Below, in pieces: positions 40,680 through 51,194 of a stretch of DNA of 64,000 nucleotides. The stretch is taken from NCBI GenBank assembly GCA_964562105.1, contig CAZLRP010000001.1:2949-66948 (forward strand). The letters are read 5' to 3'. Position 1 is the stretch's first letter, and every line of letters begins with the position of its first letter. The DNA comes from an uncultured Candidatus Saccharibacteria bacterium (GTDB taxonomy: Bacteria > Patescibacteriota > Minisyncoccia > Phycocordibacterales > GWA1-40-21). A program made the position numbers and the translations under genes. Below the pieces are notes generated by a model, which did not search any database, was not told the DNA's origin, and worked only from the letters and a program-made list of their open reading frames with translations.

Positions 40680-42463
40680 ACTACGTCAACAATCCTCAAT
40701 CTCAACTCTTCCCTACCTCCAAAAAAACTTTTCTCCAGATTCGCAAGTAAATCTATTTTTTCTCCTTTTTCTATTTTCACGGGAAAATCTTCCATCTTAA
40801 CAAAAAAACCAATCGCAGAAATAATTTGCCCTTTCTTATTTTTAAAATTTAGTTTCAAATGTTCATTTTTCTTTCCAAAAATTTTTACATCAGAAATTTC
40901 AATATTATGAAATGCAAAAATCGGTTTTGGATTATCCATTCCAAAAGGTGCAAGCAAACTGATTTCTTTTTCTAAATTATTATTTACATTATCAATATTT
41001 AAGAGAGCGTCCGCAATCAATTCTTTGTCTTCATTTTCGGACACGCTCAATTTCTGATATGCAACCTCAAGCCCATCGGCAAGCAAATCAACTTTTTCCA
41101 AACTCACAGAAAATCCGCCGGAAGAAAAATGTCCACCATACTCGTCAAATAGATGCGCTGATTTTCTCATCATCTCTACAATATTTACACATCCGTCAGA
41201 CCTGCATGAACCTTTCAGGGTTTTTCCTTCTTCTCTTCCCCAGAGAAAAACGGGGCCATTGTGCTCATCCATAAGCGAGTTTGCAACAAGCCCAAGAAGC
41301 GAAGGTTTCCAATCAGGGTTTCCCGCGACAAGAACTTTTCTTTTTTTGTTGGGATCAAATTCATACCAATGTTTTCTGATTTCTTTTACCATTGAAGCTA
41401 CGATCCCTTTTCTCTCATCATTTATTTTATTTAGATGAAGCGCATATTTGATGGCCTCGTTCTCATCTTTTGTCGTGAGTAAATTAAAAGCGTCTTCCGG
41501 AATTCCCATCCTTGAAGCCGCATTTATGCGAGGAGAAATCATAAAACCAATATCATCCTCGGTAATATTTTTTTGATCTGTTTTTATAATAGAAAGCAAT
41601 CTTTGGAGCCCTGATCTTGGAGATTTTCTCAAAACTTTCAAGCCATAGTAAGCAAAAAGTCTGTTTTCTCCGATAAGCGGAACCATATCGGAAATAGTGC
41701 CGATTGCCACCATATCTAGGAGCCACTTTTCCCAACCTGCCGTAAGACAGGTTGCTCCGAGAAATGTCGAGGAGTTTTCTCGTATTTTTTTTATCAAAGC
41801 CTGCACAAGCTTGAAAGCCACACCTGCTCCACAAAGATTTTTATCTGGATATTTACAATTTTTTTGTTTTGGATTGAGTATTGCGAGTGCATGAGGCAAT
41901 TCTTCCCTTGCCCCGTCAAATTGGCTTTTTATTTGACTGGGGTTTTCATCCAGCGAAATTCTTGGCAAGTGGTGGTCCGTGATTATCAAATCTATTTTGT
42001 GTTTTTTTATTTTTTCCGCTTCTTCAACATCGGCAATTCCGCAATCTACAGTAATAATCAAATCCACTTTATTTTTTGCAAATTCGTCCACTGCTTCATC
42101 ATTCAAACCGAAACCTTCAAGAACTCTGTGTGGAATATAATTTTTAAAGTTGTCATAACCGATTTTTTTGAAAAAGTCGTGCAAAATTACAGCACCGGGA
42201 ATTCCATCTGCATCATAATCGCTGTATATAACAATCTTTTCTTTCTTTTCAACAGCCGCCAAGATTCTTTCTACGGCTTTTTCCATTCCGAGCATTAAAA
42301 ACGGGTTATTATTTTCTTCAAAAATAGGGTTTAAAAGGGTTTCGGCTTCTTTTTCTGTTTTGATTCCTCTGTAATACAAGAGTTTGCGTAAAATTTCCGG
42401 AAATTTTCCCAATTCCTCATTAATTTTTTCTGGAATCTCATCTTTTACTAAATATTTTTGCAT
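40676..42463 (-). CDS. recJ: Single-stranded-DNA exonuclease RecJ
   Basis: DYDADG, TVDCG, TDHH, PRINAASR, GGH and PFGMDNP motifs. Confidence 0.96.
   Translation of the reverse strand: MQKYLVKDEIPEKINEELGKFPEILRKLLYYRGIKTEKEAETLLNPIFEENNNPFLMLGMEKAVERILAAVEKKEKIVIYSDYDADGIPGAVILHDFFKKIGYDNFKNYIPHRVLEGFGLNDEAVDEFAKNKVDLIITVDCGIADVEEAEKIKKHKIDLIITDHHLPRISLDENPSQIKSQFDGAREELPHALAILNPKQKNCKYPDKNLCGAGVAFKLVQALIKKIRENSSTFLGATCLTAGWEKWLLDMVAIGTISDMVPLIGENRLFAYYGLKVLRKSPRSGLQRLLSIIKTDQKNITEDDIGFMISPRINAASRMGIPEDAFNLLTTKDENEAIKYALHLNKINDERKGIVASMVKEIRKHWYEFDPNKKRKVLVAGNPDWKPSLLGLVANSLMDEHNGPVFLWGREEGKTLKGSCRSDGCVNIVEMMRKSAHLFDEYGGHFSSGGFSVSLEKVDLLADGLEVAYQKLSVSENEDKELIADALLNIDNVNNNLEKEISLLAPFGMDNPKPIFAFHNIEISDVKIFGKKNEHLKLNFKNKKGQIISAIGFFVKMEDFPVKIEKGEKIDLLANLEKSFFGGREELRLRIVDVV
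41911..41942. repeat. In-frame palindromic element (PSQIKSQFDG) in recJ
   Basis: ccccgtcaaattggctttttatttgactgggg. Confidence 0.9.
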
Positions 42464-42536
42464 AAATAACATTATACCAGAGAAACAAAAAAGGCGGGTT
42501 TTGCCTTTGGCAAAACCCGCCTTTTTTGTTTTGCAT

Positions 42537-43298
42537 TTACTTTATTTCTCTTATCAATTCCACAAAATTATCAATTTTTAAGCTCTCTCTTCCAATCAAA
42601 AGCCCGTCAACATTTCCCTTCTCAATTATTTCCTTGAAATTATTCTTTGTCACTGAACCTCCATAAAGTATTTTTACTTTTTTTACAGCTTCGGCACCTA
42701 AAGTATCGCTTATCAATCTTTTTATAAAAATGCTTATTTCATGAAGCTGATCTGGTTTTATTGCTTCGTTTTCCGGTTTTCCGATGGCCCAGACGGGCTC
42801 ATATGCGATTATCAGATTCTTAATCAATTTTCTTGGTAATTTTGTGATTGCATCTTCAATCTGCTTTTTGATTTCATGGTAATGGTCGCCGTGTTCATTT
42901 CTTTCCTTTTCCCCCGCGCATAGTATTACTTTAAAACCCTCTTTCAAAGACCCCCACATTTTCTCTTTTACGACTTCGTCGCTATCAAGAGTCGCTCTGC
43001 GTTCGGAATGACCCACTAAAATATACTTCACACCAGCTTTTTTTAGTAATTCTACTCCGACTTCCCCAGTATGAGATACCCCAAGCCCCACAAATACGTC
43101 TTGAGCTCCCAAAAGAATTTTTTTTGATGAAGAAATAGCGTTTGAGACCTCATTTAAAAATATAAAAGGCGGACAAACCACCAAACGAACATCACCAAAA
43201 CCTTTTGATTTGTTTTTTATCTCGGTTATTATCTGCCCCGCGTCCTCTGCCGATTTCGGATTCATTTTCCAATTCGCCACGATTAATTTTTTATTCAT
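42537..43298 (-). CDS. tpiA: Triosephosphate isomerase
   Basis: ANWKMN, GHSERR, AYEPVWAIG and YGGSV motifs. Confidence 0.97.
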   Translation of the reverse strand: MNKKLIVANWKMNPKSAEDAGQIITEIKNKSKGFGDVRLVVCPPFIFLNEVSNAISSSKKILLGAQDVFVGLGVSHTGEVGVELLKKAGVKYILVGHSERRATLDSDEVVKEKMWGSLKEGFKVILCAGEKERNEHGDHYHEIKKQIEDAITKLPRKLIKNLIIAYEPVWAIGKPENEAIKPDQLHEISIFIKRLISDTLGAEAVKKVKILYGGSVTKNNFKEIIEKGNVDGLLIGRESLKIDNFVELIREIK

Positions 43299-43452
43299 AC
43301 GGTAAGATTATACCATTTTAAAAATATTTGGTATAATTGAGATACGAATATACAAATAATACTAATGATACGAATGGCAACGAATAAGAAATTAATTTGA
43401 TTCATTTGTAGCCATTTGTAACATTCGCATAATTCGTTAATTCGTATATCAT

Positions 43453-43914
43453 ATGGAAAACAAAATCTCTTGGGTGGCGTTTGAATATAAAAGAAAAGAA
43501 AAAACCGCAGACTGGTATTGGGCAGTAATTCTTATATCTTTGGTCATAGTGGTAGCATCCATCATCATGCACAATGTTCTTTTTGCAATATTGATAATTA
43601 TCTCCACTGTAATTCTTATGTCATTTTCCGTAGTCGCCCCAAAAACAGTTGAGATAAGTGTAAATCAAAAGGGTGTTACCGTAGGAAAAGAAATGTATCC
43701 CTTTGCAACTCTTGAACATTTTTGGATAGAAAGTACAGACGAAGAAAACCAAAAGATTTTATTAAAATCCAAGAAATTAATTATGCCACTTATAGTTATC
43801 CCCCTTGAAGAACACCATCATCTGGATGTAAGAGAATTTTTACTGCAATATCTTAAAGAAGTAGAAATGCATGAGCCTTTGTCACAGAAAATAATGGAGC
43901 GATTAGGTTTTTAG
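43453..43914 (+). CDS. Conserved hypothetical membrane protein
   Basis: Two TM helices followed by a soluble domain. Confidence 0.75.
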   Translation: MENKISWVAFEYKRKEKTADWYWAVILISLVIVVASIIMHNVLFAILIIISTVILMSFSVVAPKTVEISVNQKGVTVGKEMYPFATLEHFWIESTDEENQKILLKSKKLIMPLIVIPLEEHHHLDVREFLLQYLKEVEMHEPLSQKIMERLGF

Positions 43915-43985
43915 CTTGTAGCTTTTTAGCTTCTTAGATGATAAATTAAAGCCGATGGAAAATAAATTTTCATCGGCTTTAAAAT

Positions 43986-44057
43986 CCTCTCGTCGTTCAA
44001 TGGATAGGACACAAGCTTGCGAAGTTTGTAATGTTGGTTCGATTCCAACCGAGGGGA
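43986..44057 (+). tRNA. tRNA-Arg(GCG)
   Basis: Cloverleaf; anticodon arm CAAGC-TTGCGAA-GTTTG. Confidence 0.88.
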
Positions 44058-44125
44058 CAATATGAAAAAGTTGCAAGCGAAAAAATAGCAAATTAAAAAC
44101 GACCAAACAGGTCGTTTTTAATTTG

Positions 44126-44398
44126 CTATTTTTTCGCTTTCGTTTTATTCAGAAATAAAGTAATTCTTGATTTATATCTTGCACCTGCGTTTTTCTTTAT
44201 AAATTTTGTTTTTACAGCTTTGTCTATCGCCGTATAAACTTCCGGTAGCATTTTTTCCGCTTCTTTTATTTTATTTCCAACAATAAGTTTCTTGATGCCT
44301 TTCAAAGCTCTCTCCATGGCATTGCTTCTTCGTGTATTGAACACTTCTTTCTTTTTTGCAACTCTTAAGGCTTTTTTAGCTGATGATGTTATAGGCAT
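44126..44398 (-). CDS. rpsT: 30S ribosomal protein S20
   Basis: MPITSSAKKALR...IDKAVK...KNAGARYKSR. Confidence 0.95.
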   Translation of the reverse strand: MPITSSAKKALRVAKKKEVFNTRRSNAMERALKGIKKLIVGNKIKEAEKMLPEVYTAIDKAVKTKFIKKNAGARYKSRITLFLNKTKAKK

Positions 44399-44649
44399 TT
44401 TTTTATTTAAGTTATTTAATCAAATACTAATCGAGACACGATTTTTTTGACAGGTCTATACATTAACATTTTTTTATAAAAATGCAAATATGTATTTTGT
44501 GTTATACTTAATTTTGTTTAATAAGAGCAAGTGAGAAAAATTAGCCAGACCCCAGTGAAATAAAATCTTTAAGGATTTTATCCGCTAGACGCGGATATTT
44601 CACAGGGTGATGATTTTGTACATTCGCTTTGCTCATAACAAAATCAATC

Positions 44650-45219
44650 ATGATAGCAAAAATAGAAGGTATAGTTTGGGATACTAATAATAAATTTTTA
44701 ACTGTTGGAGTTGGTGGTATTGGATTTAAAATTTTTACAACTGCAGAAACAAAAGATATTGCGCAAAAAGAAGAAAAAATTTCTTTATTTACTCATTTGG
44801 TAGTCAGAGAAGATGCGCTCGATCTTTATGGATTTCTTACGGAAGAAGAATTAAAATTTTTTGAAATGATAATTTCTATTTCAGGTATTGGTCCAAAAAC
44901 TGGCTTGAATGTTTTAAATATCAGTTCGGTCTCCGCACTGAAACGTGCAATCTCAAGTGGCGACACTTCACACCTCACAAAAGTTTCCGGCATCGGAAAA
45001 AAGATTGCAGAAAAAATGGTTCTTGAACTAAAAGATAAAGTTATGATTACGGAAGAAGAAAATGATTTAAGTTTGAGAGATGAAATAGATGCTATAGAAG
45101 GTTTGAAATCTCTCGGTTACAATCCAAAAGATGCGCGTGATGCATTACGCGAGGTTGATAAGAAAATTTTAAAAACCGGAGACAGAATAAAAGCTGCGTT
45201 GAAAATTTTAGGTAGATAG
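44650..45219 (+). CDS. ruvA: Holliday junction branch migration protein RuvA
   Basis: VREDALDLYGF, SGIGPK, SGIGKKIAEK motifs. Confidence 0.96.
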   Translation: MIAKIEGIVWDTNNKFLTVGVGGIGFKIFTTAETKDIAQKEEKISLFTHLVVREDALDLYGFLTEEELKFFEMIISISGIGPKTGLNVLNISSVSALKRAISSGDTSHLTKVSGIGKKIAEKMVLELKDKVMITEEENDLSLRDEIDAIEGLKSLGYNPKDARDALREVDKKILKTGDRIKAALKILGR

Positions 45220-45327
45220 GTTTTAGTTTTTAGTTGCTAGGTTTTAGGAAACACAAACTAGGGATTTTTCGCTTTGCGAAAAATCCCTAGTTTGTGTTTG
45301 AATTTTCTAATAGCTAAAAACTAGAAC

Positions 45328-46254
45328 CTAAAACCTAACTTGGTGAACATCGCAATAGTGCGCGCTTCTTCCGCCAATTTTTATTCTTCTGATAATTCCA
45401 TTGCAGTTTTTCTTCTGGCATTTTTCTCCCGTTCTTCTGTAAACTTTGTGAATTTTTTGATACCCGCCTTTTTCTCCAAATGGATTCCTATAATCAGACA
45501 TGGAATCTCCGCCAACTTTTATGGATTGATTTAAAACTTTAATAATATTTTTAAAAAGTTCTTTCAATTTTACCCCTTCAATATCTTTCACTTTTGACAA
45601 AGGATGAATGGAAGACATCCACAAAACTTCATCGGAATAAATATTCCCGATTCCGGAAATAATTGTCTGGTCCATGAGAACAGTTTTTATTTTTCCGTTC
45701 GATTTTTTATTAATTCTTTCCCTGAAAATTTTGTATGTAAATTTTTTTTGCAATGGTTCGGGCCCAAGCTTTTCAAGATCGGTTATTTTATTAATTTCAT
45801 CAGTATTGAAAACAAAAACTTTAGCAAACTTTCTTGCATCGGACAGAACTAAATTATTTTTATCCGATAAGCTAAACGCAAGATGGATGAAACGATTGTA
45901 TGGATCAGAGAGCGGTCCATCCCCGAGAGGGAACCATTTTCTACCTGCCTGCGCAGGCAGGTTCTCAAACTTATATTTTCCATATAAAAGATGCCCTGTC
46001 ATTTTTAAATGAATTAGAATAGTTTTGCCATCTGAAACATCGATTAACACGTTTTTCGCTTTGCGCTCAACGTTTAAGATTTTTTTATTCAAAATTTCTT
46101 TTCTGAAAAATGGAAAATAGTTTTTGTCTTTGATATTATTTTTACCCTTATGAAATGAAGAATCGTAGTCTGTCCACACATCCAAAATAGTAAGTCCTTT
46201 GACTTTTTTATTTAAAATATTTACTGTCGTTTGCACTTCTGGCAACTCTGGCAT
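45328..46254 (-). CDS. mutM: Formamidopyrimidine-DNA glycosylase
   Basis: MPELPEV, HLKMTG, GIGNIYSDE and C-terminal zinc finger. Confidence 0.96.
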   Translation of the reverse strand: MPELPEVQTTVNILNKKVKGLTILDVWTDYDSSFHKGKNNIKDKNYFPFFRKEILNKKILNVERKAKNVLIDVSDGKTILIHLKMTGHLLYGKYKFENLPAQAGRKWFPLGDGPLSDPYNRFIHLAFSLSDKNNLVLSDARKFAKVFVFNTDEINKITDLEKLGPEPLQKKFTYKIFRERINKKSNGKIKTVLMDQTIISGIGNIYSDEVLWMSSIHPLSKVKDIEGVKLKELFKNIIKVLNQSIKVGGDSMSDYRNPFGEKGGYQKIHKVYRRTGEKCQKKNCNGIIRRIKIGGRSAHYCDVHQVRF

Positions 46255-46381
46255 AATTTGAAGTGTAAGGCTAAAAAAGTAAAAAGTAAAATGTGTTTTT
46301 TAGAGGCAAGGTCTCCTCATGCATTTGAGGCCTTGCCTCTAAAACTTCATATAGTTGTATTAATTAATTTAATAACTTAAA

Positions 46382-47257
46382 ATGCTAATTATGAGCAAAA
46401 GTATCACATCAAAGATTCTAATATCTGTAGCCGTACTTGCCATCGGTATTACTGCTTTTATATTTTTTACACAAAAAATAGAAATAAAAAATAAACAATC
46501 TGAAAAGATAAAAATTTTGATAGTTCCCGGACATGAGCCGAATGCCGGTGGCGCTGATGAATTTAAAGCTATAAAAGAAAGAGATTTGAATCTCCAATTA
46601 TCTATTGTATTAAAAAATAATCTCACACAAAATAAAAATCTTGAGGTGATTTTGGCCCGTGATGAAAATGGCTGGAACAGTGATTTAAAAAATTATGTTG
46701 AAACAAGTTCAACAACAATCATGAGTTGGGTTCTAGATATGAAGAAAAAAATGTTGGCTAAGATTGATGTTGGAGAAATGAAATTGATAGATCCAAATAT
46801 GAAACACAACGACGCAACATCAGATGCTGTTTTATATTTATATGGAACAAATAAATGGATTGGAGAAAATAATATTGATCTGGTTCTACATGTCCATTTT
46901 AATAGTAACCCAAAAATAAATGGCAAACCAAACTACAGTGGATACTGCATGTATGTCCCCGAAAGACAATATGGAAACGCTGCGAGAAGCTTGATTTTTG
47001 CAAACTATCTTAACGAAGAAATTTCTAAAATAGAAAAAGCTAGCAACATGCCTCAAGAAAAAGAAACTATTATTGAGGATCAGGCGCTCATAGCGACCGG
47101 CAATTATGACACATTAAAAATTCCCAGCGTCGTAGTTGAATACGCATATATTTATGAACCGATGATGACAAGTTCAAGTACAAGAAATATTTTTATAAAT
47201 AAAGCTGCGTCATCTACAGCAGAAGCGATTAACAAATATATTGAGAATCAATTTTGA
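46382..47257 (+). CDS. N-acetylmuramoyl-L-alanine amidase family protein
   Basis: Signal or TM segment; VPGHE, ERDLN, HVHFN, SVVVE motifs. Confidence 0.82.
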   Translation: MLIMSKSITSKILISVAVLAIGITAFIFFTQKIEIKNKQSEKIKILIVPGHEPNAGGADEFKAIKERDLNLQLSIVLKNNLTQNKNLEVILARDENGWNSDLKNYVETSSTTIMSWVLDMKKKMLAKIDVGEMKLIDPNMKHNDATSDAVLYLYGTNKWIGENNIDLVLHVHFNSNPKINGKPNYSGYCMYVPERQYGNAARSLIFANYLNEEISKIEKASNMPQEKETIIEDQALIATGNYDTLKIPSVVVEYAYIYEPMMTSSSTRNIFINKAASSTAEAINKYIENQF

Positions 47258-47733
47258 AATAATTGGTATCCAACTATTCCAAACGCTACGGAAACATTCA
47301 AAGATTCCTTCTTCCCCATCATTGGTATTTCCACAATCACATCACAAAGTACCAAAGTTTTTTTATTTATTCCGTTTACCTCATTCCCCATCACAACCGC
47401 CACTGGATATTTAATTTTTACTTTTTTAAAATCCACGGATTTTTTATCTTGTTCAACTGCAATTATCTGAAATTTTTCTTTTTTTAATTTTTTAATTATT
47501 TCTTTTGTATCTTTAAAATATTCCCATGCGATATCTTTTTCGGCTCCCAGTGCCACTTTGGCCAAATCGTTTCTTGCCCTTCCAAATCTATCTAGCGGAG
47601 TTGGAGTGCATCCACACAAAAATATTTTATCAACCCCCAAAGCATCGGAGGTACGGAAAATTGAACCGACATTATAGACGCTTCTTATATTGTCCAAGAT
47701 TACGGCTTTCTTTATTTTTGATTCCTTTTTCAT
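47248..47733 (-). CDS. TrmH/SpoU-family RNA methyltransferase
   Basis: DNIRSVYNVGSIFRTSD, GNEVNG, ESLNVS. Confidence 0.92.
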   Translation of the reverse strand: MKKESKIKKAVILDNIRSVYNVGSIFRTSDALGVDKIFLCGCTPTPLDRFGRARNDLAKVALGAEKDIAWEYFKDTKEIIKKLKKEKFQIIAVEQDKKSVDFKKVKIKYPVAVVMGNEVNGINKKTLVLCDVIVEIPMMGKKESLNVSVAFGIVGYQLFQN

Positions 47734-47879
47734 AACAATTGAAATATACACCAAAACCTTATTTTGTCATTTCCATAATATATTGCTATTCCCGCGCAGG
47801 TAGAAATGACAAGACTTTCAACTTTATAACTTTTAACTTGAAACTATCATTTTATCTTCTTTGTGATAAAATGACCTAC

Positions 47880-48287
47880 ATGATATTAAACACATTTCCA
47901 GATCTGTTAACGTTTAGCATACTCTCTCCTTTTATATTGAGAATTGTTTTGGGTGTTATCGCTATGAATCTCGGCTATCTCAAACTAACTAAAGAAAAAA
48001 TAGATTGGCAGGAACTTTTTGAAACAATAAACATACACCCTGCCAATTTTTTTGTAAAAGTTTTAGCACTTATAGAAATTACAGGAGGACTAATGCTTGT
48101 AATCGGAGCTTATACTCAAATAACCGCAATAATATTCGCTGTGTTATTCTTCTGCGAAGCCGTATTGGAATACAGAGAATCAGACCTAGAAAAAAGAAAT
48201 CTTACTTTTTACATACTGATGTTTACGATTTCCCTTTCGCTCGTCTTCCTCGGAGCCGGAGCTTTTGCGATTGATTTGCCGCTTTAA
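47880..48287 (+). CDS. DoxX-family membrane protein
   Basis: LRIVLG...EITGGLML...GAGAFAID. Confidence 0.82.
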   Translation: MILNTFPDLLTFSILSPFILRIVLGVIAMNLGYLKLTKEKIDWQELFETINIHPANFFVKVLALIEITGGLMLVIGAYTQITAIIFAVLFFCEAVLEYRESDLEKRNLTFYILMFTISLSLVFLGAGAFAIDLPL

Positions 48288-48365
48288 TCGGACCTGCTTT
48301 TTATTTTGTAATAAAAAAGTCTCGAGTTTGCATTACTCGAGACTTTTATTAAACTTAAATTAATG

Positions 48366-48698
48366 CTACGACGGCTTTGGCGTCGGAAGGCCTGTGCCAC
48401 CGTGGGTATTTTTTCCACCCGTCTTACAATAATCCTCAATAACAGCACACGCTTTGTTAAAAACCTCAACATCAAAATCAGGATATTTTTTAGCCATATC
48501 TCGTGCTAAATCCCAAGTTTTCACTTGGCCATCCTTCAAAAGACAATTGAGTACCTCGATTTTATAGACACTATCCACATGAATCTGACTGCGATAATGC
48601 TTGGCTCGATTCTCATACTCTTTGAGTTTTTCTTGGAGCTGATTCCTCCTTTCTGCGTTGTCTGGAAAAAAAATTACTGGTGATTCTTCGTTGGGCAT
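48366..48698 (-). CDS. Hypothetical protein
   Basis: 110-aa ORF with AGGAGG SD. Confidence 0.6.
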   Translation of the reverse strand: MPNEESPVIFFPDNAERRNQLQEKLKEYENRAKHYRSQIHVDSVYKIEVLNCLLKDGQVKTWDLARDMAKKYPDFDVEVFNKACAVIEDYCKTGGKNTHGGTGLPTPKPS

Positions 48699-48740
48699 AA
48701 TGTCCTCCTTTTTATCGTGCGAAATTGAATAACAAAATAA

Positions 48741-49523
48741 TCACGTGCAAGAATCTTTTCGGATCAGATCCTGAAGTTTTGCCAAGCCAACAAGCAATGT
48801 GAGTTGTTGCAATGATGTGTCGGTATTATGTGGACCCAAAGAATATCCACGATCAAGTGATGTATCGTAATAACCATCTGGATCAAGACCGCAGGCATTG
48901 CCTGGGACAGTGAAGTTTATCCATTTTGGTTGTCTACATAACGCTTGAAAGTAATGAAAATACGAGGAAGATTTCCTCTCGGGCCACATATGAGCATCCG
49001 CTCTAATCATTGCTTTTTCAACATCAGTTAGGCAAAAGTTATTGGGTATTTTTGAAAGATATGCGATAACAGTAGGTGTTAGCGTTACATTCAAAGCTCC
49101 GCCCCAAAGATAACCGCCAACTACAAAATTATCCACGACCATAAGTTGCGGTCTTTTACAATCCGTGCTTTCTTCAAAAAGCCACAGAGTTGTAAAAAGC
49201 ATAGCTAATGTTGAACGGAGACCAAGGATATTTGTTTTATCAGATCTAAGTACCGGCAATATACATTCGTACGCCAACCAATCTTTATGATCTGATTTAC
49301 AAGAAATAAGAACTTCTCCAAATCCCCAAGACTTCCCTATTTTAAACTCGGTAAAAGAATCGGTAGATAATTTTTCATAGTCCGTGACAATCGGCAAATT
49401 TTTCTTTATTTTTTCCAAACGATCCATCGCGGCAACGTGAATTCTTATCAACAAAGTTTTTTCATCTTTCACACTAAGTTCATACCACGCCGGAATAATT
49501 TCCCTTTCTGGGCATCGTGTCAT
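48741..49523 (-). CDS. Hypothetical protein
   Basis: 260-aa ORF with AAGGAG SD and upstream TTGACA. Confidence 0.65.
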   Translation of the reverse strand: MTRCPEREIIPAWYELSVKDEKTLLIRIHVAAMDRLEKIKKNLPIVTDYEKLSTDSFTEFKIGKSWGFGEVLISCKSDHKDWLAYECILPVLRSDKTNILGLRSTLAMLFTTLWLFEESTDCKRPQLMVVDNFVVGGYLWGGALNVTLTPTVIAYLSKIPNNFCLTDVEKAMIRADAHMWPERKSSSYFHYFQALCRQPKWINFTVPGNACGLDPDGYYDTSLDRGYSLGPHNTDTSLQQLTLLVGLAKLQDLIRKDSCT

Positions 49524-49747
49524 TGTTTTCTCCTTTTAAGACAAATTTTGAAAATCAAACAACTTTTCTATTTATACCTTATATAGTAAGAATGATTTTG
49601 TCAACGATTATATTTGGTAATAAAAAAGAGCGTAATCGCCATTTTTCTTGTGGTCACAGATAATTTCCTCTTAAATTAAGTATTTTCATGAAATGCTTTT
49701 TTATATACTATATTTATAGAAAATATAACACGTGATATGATTGTTTT

Positions 49748-50812
49748 ATGGAAAAGATAAAAAACGAAGACTTAGGTTATGATACTTTTTTTGAATTAAA
49801 CAGATTAAAATTGGGTGAATTTTCTGTTGGACGAGTTATTGCTGAATATAAAGAAGTTTATAAAATCAAAAATTCAACTAGTGAATATTTGGCTAAAGTA
49901 ACTGGAAAAAGAATATTTAACGCTTCATCAAGAGAAGATTATCCTGCTGTCGGAGATTGGGTAACAATTACTGAACTTAATTCTGAACAAGCTGTAATTC
50001 ATGAGATATTACCAAGAAAAACCGTAATAAAAAGAAAAAGCAATAACAAAAATGAGGTACAAGTAATCGCAACAAATATCGATATTGCGCTTATTGTCGA
50101 ATCAATTGATAGAGATTTTAACTTAAACCGCTTTGAAAGATATTTTACTATTGCAAATGATGGTGGAATAAAATCTACTATTATATTAAATAAGATAGAT
50201 TTAATTTCCAAAGAAGATTTAGCTGCAAAATTAATAAAAATAAAAAATAGATTTAATAATATCGATATTATCTTAACCAGTGTTATAACAAGCGAAGGGT
50301 TAGATGAATTAAACAAATATATCTTACCTAAAAAAACTTATTGTTTCCTAGGTTCATCAGGTGTTGGAAAATCATCTTTAATTAATAAATTACTTGGCGA
50401 AAATTCAATTGAAACAAAAGATATAAGTTTTCAAACCGGCAGAGGAAAACATACTACTACAAGCAGAGAAATGTACTTTTTAAAAAATGGGGGTATTGTT
50501 ATAGATAACCCAGGGATGAGGGAGGTTGGAATGACAAATACAACCCTTGGTATTGATAATTTCTTTGATGAGATAACGGCGCTGTCTAAAGAATGCAGAT
50601 ATTCTGACTGCTCCCACACTTCTGAACCAGGGTGTAAAGTTTTATCTGAATTGAAATCTGGCAGATTAGATGAAAGTAAATATTCAAATTATATTAATTT
50701 AAAAAAAGAAACTGAATATTATGATATGACTGATTTTGAAAAAAGAAAAAAAGATCACAAATTTGGAAAATTTATTAAAAAAGCAAAAGAAGAGATAGAA
50801 AAATATAAATAA
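49748..50812 (+). CDS. rsgA: Ribosome small subunit-dependent GTPase A
   Basis: NKID, GSSGVGKSSL, GKHTTT, DNPG and CRYSDCSH motifs. Confidence 0.96.
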   Translation: MEKIKNEDLGYDTFFELNRLKLGEFSVGRVIAEYKEVYKIKNSTSEYLAKVTGKRIFNASSREDYPAVGDWVTITELNSEQAVIHEILPRKTVIKRKSNNKNEVQVIATNIDIALIVESIDRDFNLNRFERYFTIANDGGIKSTIILNKIDLISKEDLAAKLIKIKNRFNNIDIILTSVITSEGLDELNKYILPKKTYCFLGSSGVGKSSLINKLLGENSIETKDISFQTGRGKHTTTSREMYFLKNGGIVIDNPGMREVGMTNTTLGIDNFFDEITALSKECRYSDCSHTSEPGCKVLSELKSGRLDESKYSNYINLKKETEYYDMTDFEKRKKDHKFGKFIKKAKEEIEKYK

Positions 50813-50907
50813 TATTTAAATTAATTATTGACTTAAGCACACAAATTGGTGTGGCTATAACTTTTACTTTTTGGGAGCTCAAATAGTTCATCGCCCGCAC
50901 CTCTCAC

Positions 50908-51061
50908 CTCGTCGACACTCGGTTCGGGTTGGGCACCAGCTCATTCGTTTTTTCTGCTGAAAAAACATCATTCCGCTGTTCGATTCCAACACGTGAGCCA
51001 AGCAGTTGGCTCACTTAAGCGCACAAAATAAAATCAGCCCCTTCAGGCTGATTTTATTTTG
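50908..51061. repeat. tRNA-mirror element beside tRNA-Lys
   Basis: About 51 bp identical to 25072-25122, then an inverted tRNA-Lys 3' end with a 25-nt hairpin. Confidence 0.75.
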
Positions 51062-51134
51062 TGCGCTTAGTTGGAATCGAACCAACGACCGTCTCCTTAA
51101 AAGGGAGCTGCTCTACCGACTGAGCTATAAGCGC
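51062..51134 (-). tRNA. tRNA-Lys(TTT)
   Basis: Cloverleaf; anticodon loop CTTTTAA. Confidence 0.95.
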
Positions 51135-51194
51135 ATGCAATAACCGAGAAAATATAACAAGAAATTAACAAAAAGTCTATAGATAAACCTATGT

